Notes under the pieces: generated by a model
Databases searched by the model: none
Told to the model about the DNA's origin: nothing
What the model saw: the letters and a program-made list of their open reading frames with translations, nothing else
In this document: in pieces, positions 14,483-15,788 of the stretch
Layout: every line of letters begins with the position of its first letter
Position numbering within the stretch: position 1 is the first letter of the stretch
Origin: Myxococcota bacterium
GTDB lineage: Bacteria; Myxococcota; UBA4151
Reading direction: 5' to 3'
Assembly (NCBI GenBank): GCA_040260805.1
Contig: JBDQPD010000079.1
Span: forward strand, 1 to 15,788
DNA: 15,788 nt
Made by a program: the position numbers and the translations under genes

Positions 14483-15519
14483 GTTTTCGCCGAAGCCGGA
14501 TGATTGAGGCTGGATGGGATCATCCACTCGAATGTGTTGAAGCGGACCAACTCCCCGAACCACCACCGGGCTGGGTGCGTATTAAAGTTGAGTGTTGCGG
14601 GGTCTGTCATCGCGACCTGATCGATCGCTCTGGTCGCGTTCCTTTTGTGAATTTCCCGGTAACCCCAGGGCACGAGGCCTGTGGTTATGTGGAGGCGCTC
14701 GGTGAAGGCGTAGAGCGCTGGGCGCTGGGGGACCGAGTCGCCACGTTGCATCGTGACGCCTGCGGCTCATGCGCCGCCTGCATCCAAGCTGAACCGAGTC
14801 TGTGCATTGGCGCCACCCAGATTTTCGGGATCACCATCGATGGGGGTTACGGTAGTCATTTGCTCGCACCTGAGAGTGCCTTGTTTGCTGTTCCTGACTC
14901 GCTCGATGCGCGTCTAGCCGCAACGCTTGCGTGTACCTACGGAACGGCATGGCGAGCGCTATCACGTCATGGCGCGCCGTCAGCTGGTGATGTCGTGGTC
15001 GTGGTGGGTGCTCACGGTGGAGTGGGTCGCTGTGCTGTCGAGCTGGCGAAACGATTAGGTGCTGAGGTGGTCGCAGTGGTTCGTCGTGATCGCGACGACG
15101 GGCTTGGAGCGCTTGGAGCCGATCATCTGATCGTTAACCAAGACGGTCGTTTTCATAAACAGATACCCTGTGCGCCGGCAAAGGTCGTGGTCGATTGCGT
15201 CGGCGCGGCAACTTTTAATGCCTCTTTACGCTGTCTCGGTGTCGGCGGTCGCCTGGTCTTAGTGGGTAATATCGACGCTCAGCGCAGTGAACTGCAATTG
15301 GGCAGGATGATCGTTTACGGCTTGCAGGTGGTCGGCAGTTCGGGCGCCAATCACGCCGAACTCGAGACTCTTTTGGATTGGCATGCCGAGCAACCTTTGA
15401 GCCCCAGCTTTGGAGCTTCCTACGGTGTACTCGATGCGGACCGGGCGATGCGCGACTTACAGGCCGGAGGCTGCTGTGGTCGTTTGATCATTGATCCTTC
15501 TCTTGACCAAGCAAACTAG
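14479..15519 (+). CDS. Zinc-dependent medium-chain alcohol dehydrogenase/reductase
   Basis: CGVCHRD and GHE catalytic Zn motifs, CGSCAAC-x7-C structural Zn site, VGAHGGVG nucleotide motif. ATG 14479 forms an ATGA overlap with the kstD stop. Confidence 0.88.
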   Translation: MSFRRSRMIEAGWDHPLECVEADQLPEPPPGWVRIKVECCGVCHRDLIDRSGRVPFVNFPVTPGHEACGYVEALGEGVERWALGDRVATLHRDACGSCAACIQAEPSLCIGATQIFGITIDGGYGSHLLAPESALFAVPDSLDARLAATLACTYGTAWRALSRHGAPSAGDVVVVVGAHGGVGRCAVELAKRLGAEVVAVVRRDRDDGLGALGADHLIVNQDGRFHKQIPCAPAKVVVDCVGAATFNASLRCLGVGGRLVLVGNIDAQRSELQLGRMIVYGLQVVGSSGANHAELETLLDWHAEQPLSPSFGASYGVLDADRAMRDLQAGGCCGRLIIDPSLDQAN

Positions 15520-15530
15520 AACACGTTCTA
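15517..15530. promoter_or_regulatory. KstR-type operator, TAGAACACGTTCTA
   Basis: Exact TnnAACnnGTTnnA match; arms extend to CTAGAAC-AC-GTTCTAG (15516-15531). Ends 25 bp before the TetR start; its first three bases are the ADH stop codon. Confidence 0.88.
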
Positions 15531-15555
15531 GGTAGGTTCAAGAGTCGGGGGATAA

Positions 15556-15788
15556 ATGGCTGAAATGCAACTCGATGAGAAAGCCCAAAGGATCCTAAGC
15601 GTCGCCTTTGAACTCGCCGAAGAAGGTGGCTTTGAGGCGGTTCGTTTGCGCGACGTCGCCCAGCGCGCCGACGTCGCTTTGGGCACCTTATACAATCGTT
15701 TTTCGAGCAAAGAAGAGATGCTGGTCACGGCGCTTGACGAGAGCACTAAGACCTTTGAATCGGTGGTGGGTGCCCTTGATTTGACCGA
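15556..15788 (+). CDS. TetR-family regulator with KstR-like helix-turn-helix, 3'-truncated by the window edge
   Basis: Absent from the ORF track; translated by hand: MAEMQLDEKAQRILSVAFELAEEGGFEAVRLRDVAQRADVALGTLYNRFSSKEEMLVTAL... The HTH resembles mycobacterial KstR (GGYEAVQMRAVADRADVAVGTLY, from memory). GGGGGA upstream; alternative ATG at 15565. Confidence 0.88.
   Translation, partial: MAEMQLDEKAQRILSVAFELAEEGGFEAVRLRDVAQRADVALGTLYNRFSSKEEMLVTALDESTKTFESVVGALDLT

Noticed and set aside
15528..15746. 72-aa minus-strand ORF
   Set aside because: Antisense to the TetR helix-turn-helix frame on the plus strand.

Overview
GC-rich, densely coding bacterial window with a divergently arranged steroid-catabolism locus. 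The leftward run is 12 nearly gap-free genes (12688->508), followed by a partial hypothetical gene. In order they encode a PpiC-like foldase, a HupE/UreJ-type membrane protein, a DUF3604 PHP-like lipoprotein, an unknown Cys-containing lipoprotein, an alpha/beta hydrolase, a LipE-like serine hydrolase, an IpdE2-like/IpdE1 acyl-CoA dehydrogenase pair, the IpdF SDR, a two-gene MaoC hydratase, and a lipoprotein with 12 myxobacterial-type Cys-rich repeats capped by a QPD/WND C-type lectin domain. The rightward run encodes a 3-ketosteroid delta1-dehydrogenase (KstD), a Zn-dependent alcohol dehydrogenase and a truncated KstR-like TetR regulator. Two 14-bp palindromes exactly match the actinobacterial KstR operator (TnnAACnnGTTnnA): one in the divergent intergenic region and one directly before the TetR gene. 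The Cys-rich repeat protein suggests a Myxococcota-like host (inference), so this may be a KstR-type sterol regulon outside Actinomycetota that has recruited surface adhesion, esterase and DUF3604 modules. All family calls come from motif recognition and recalled sequences; no searches were run. No RNA genes, CRISPR arrays or mobile elements were seen.
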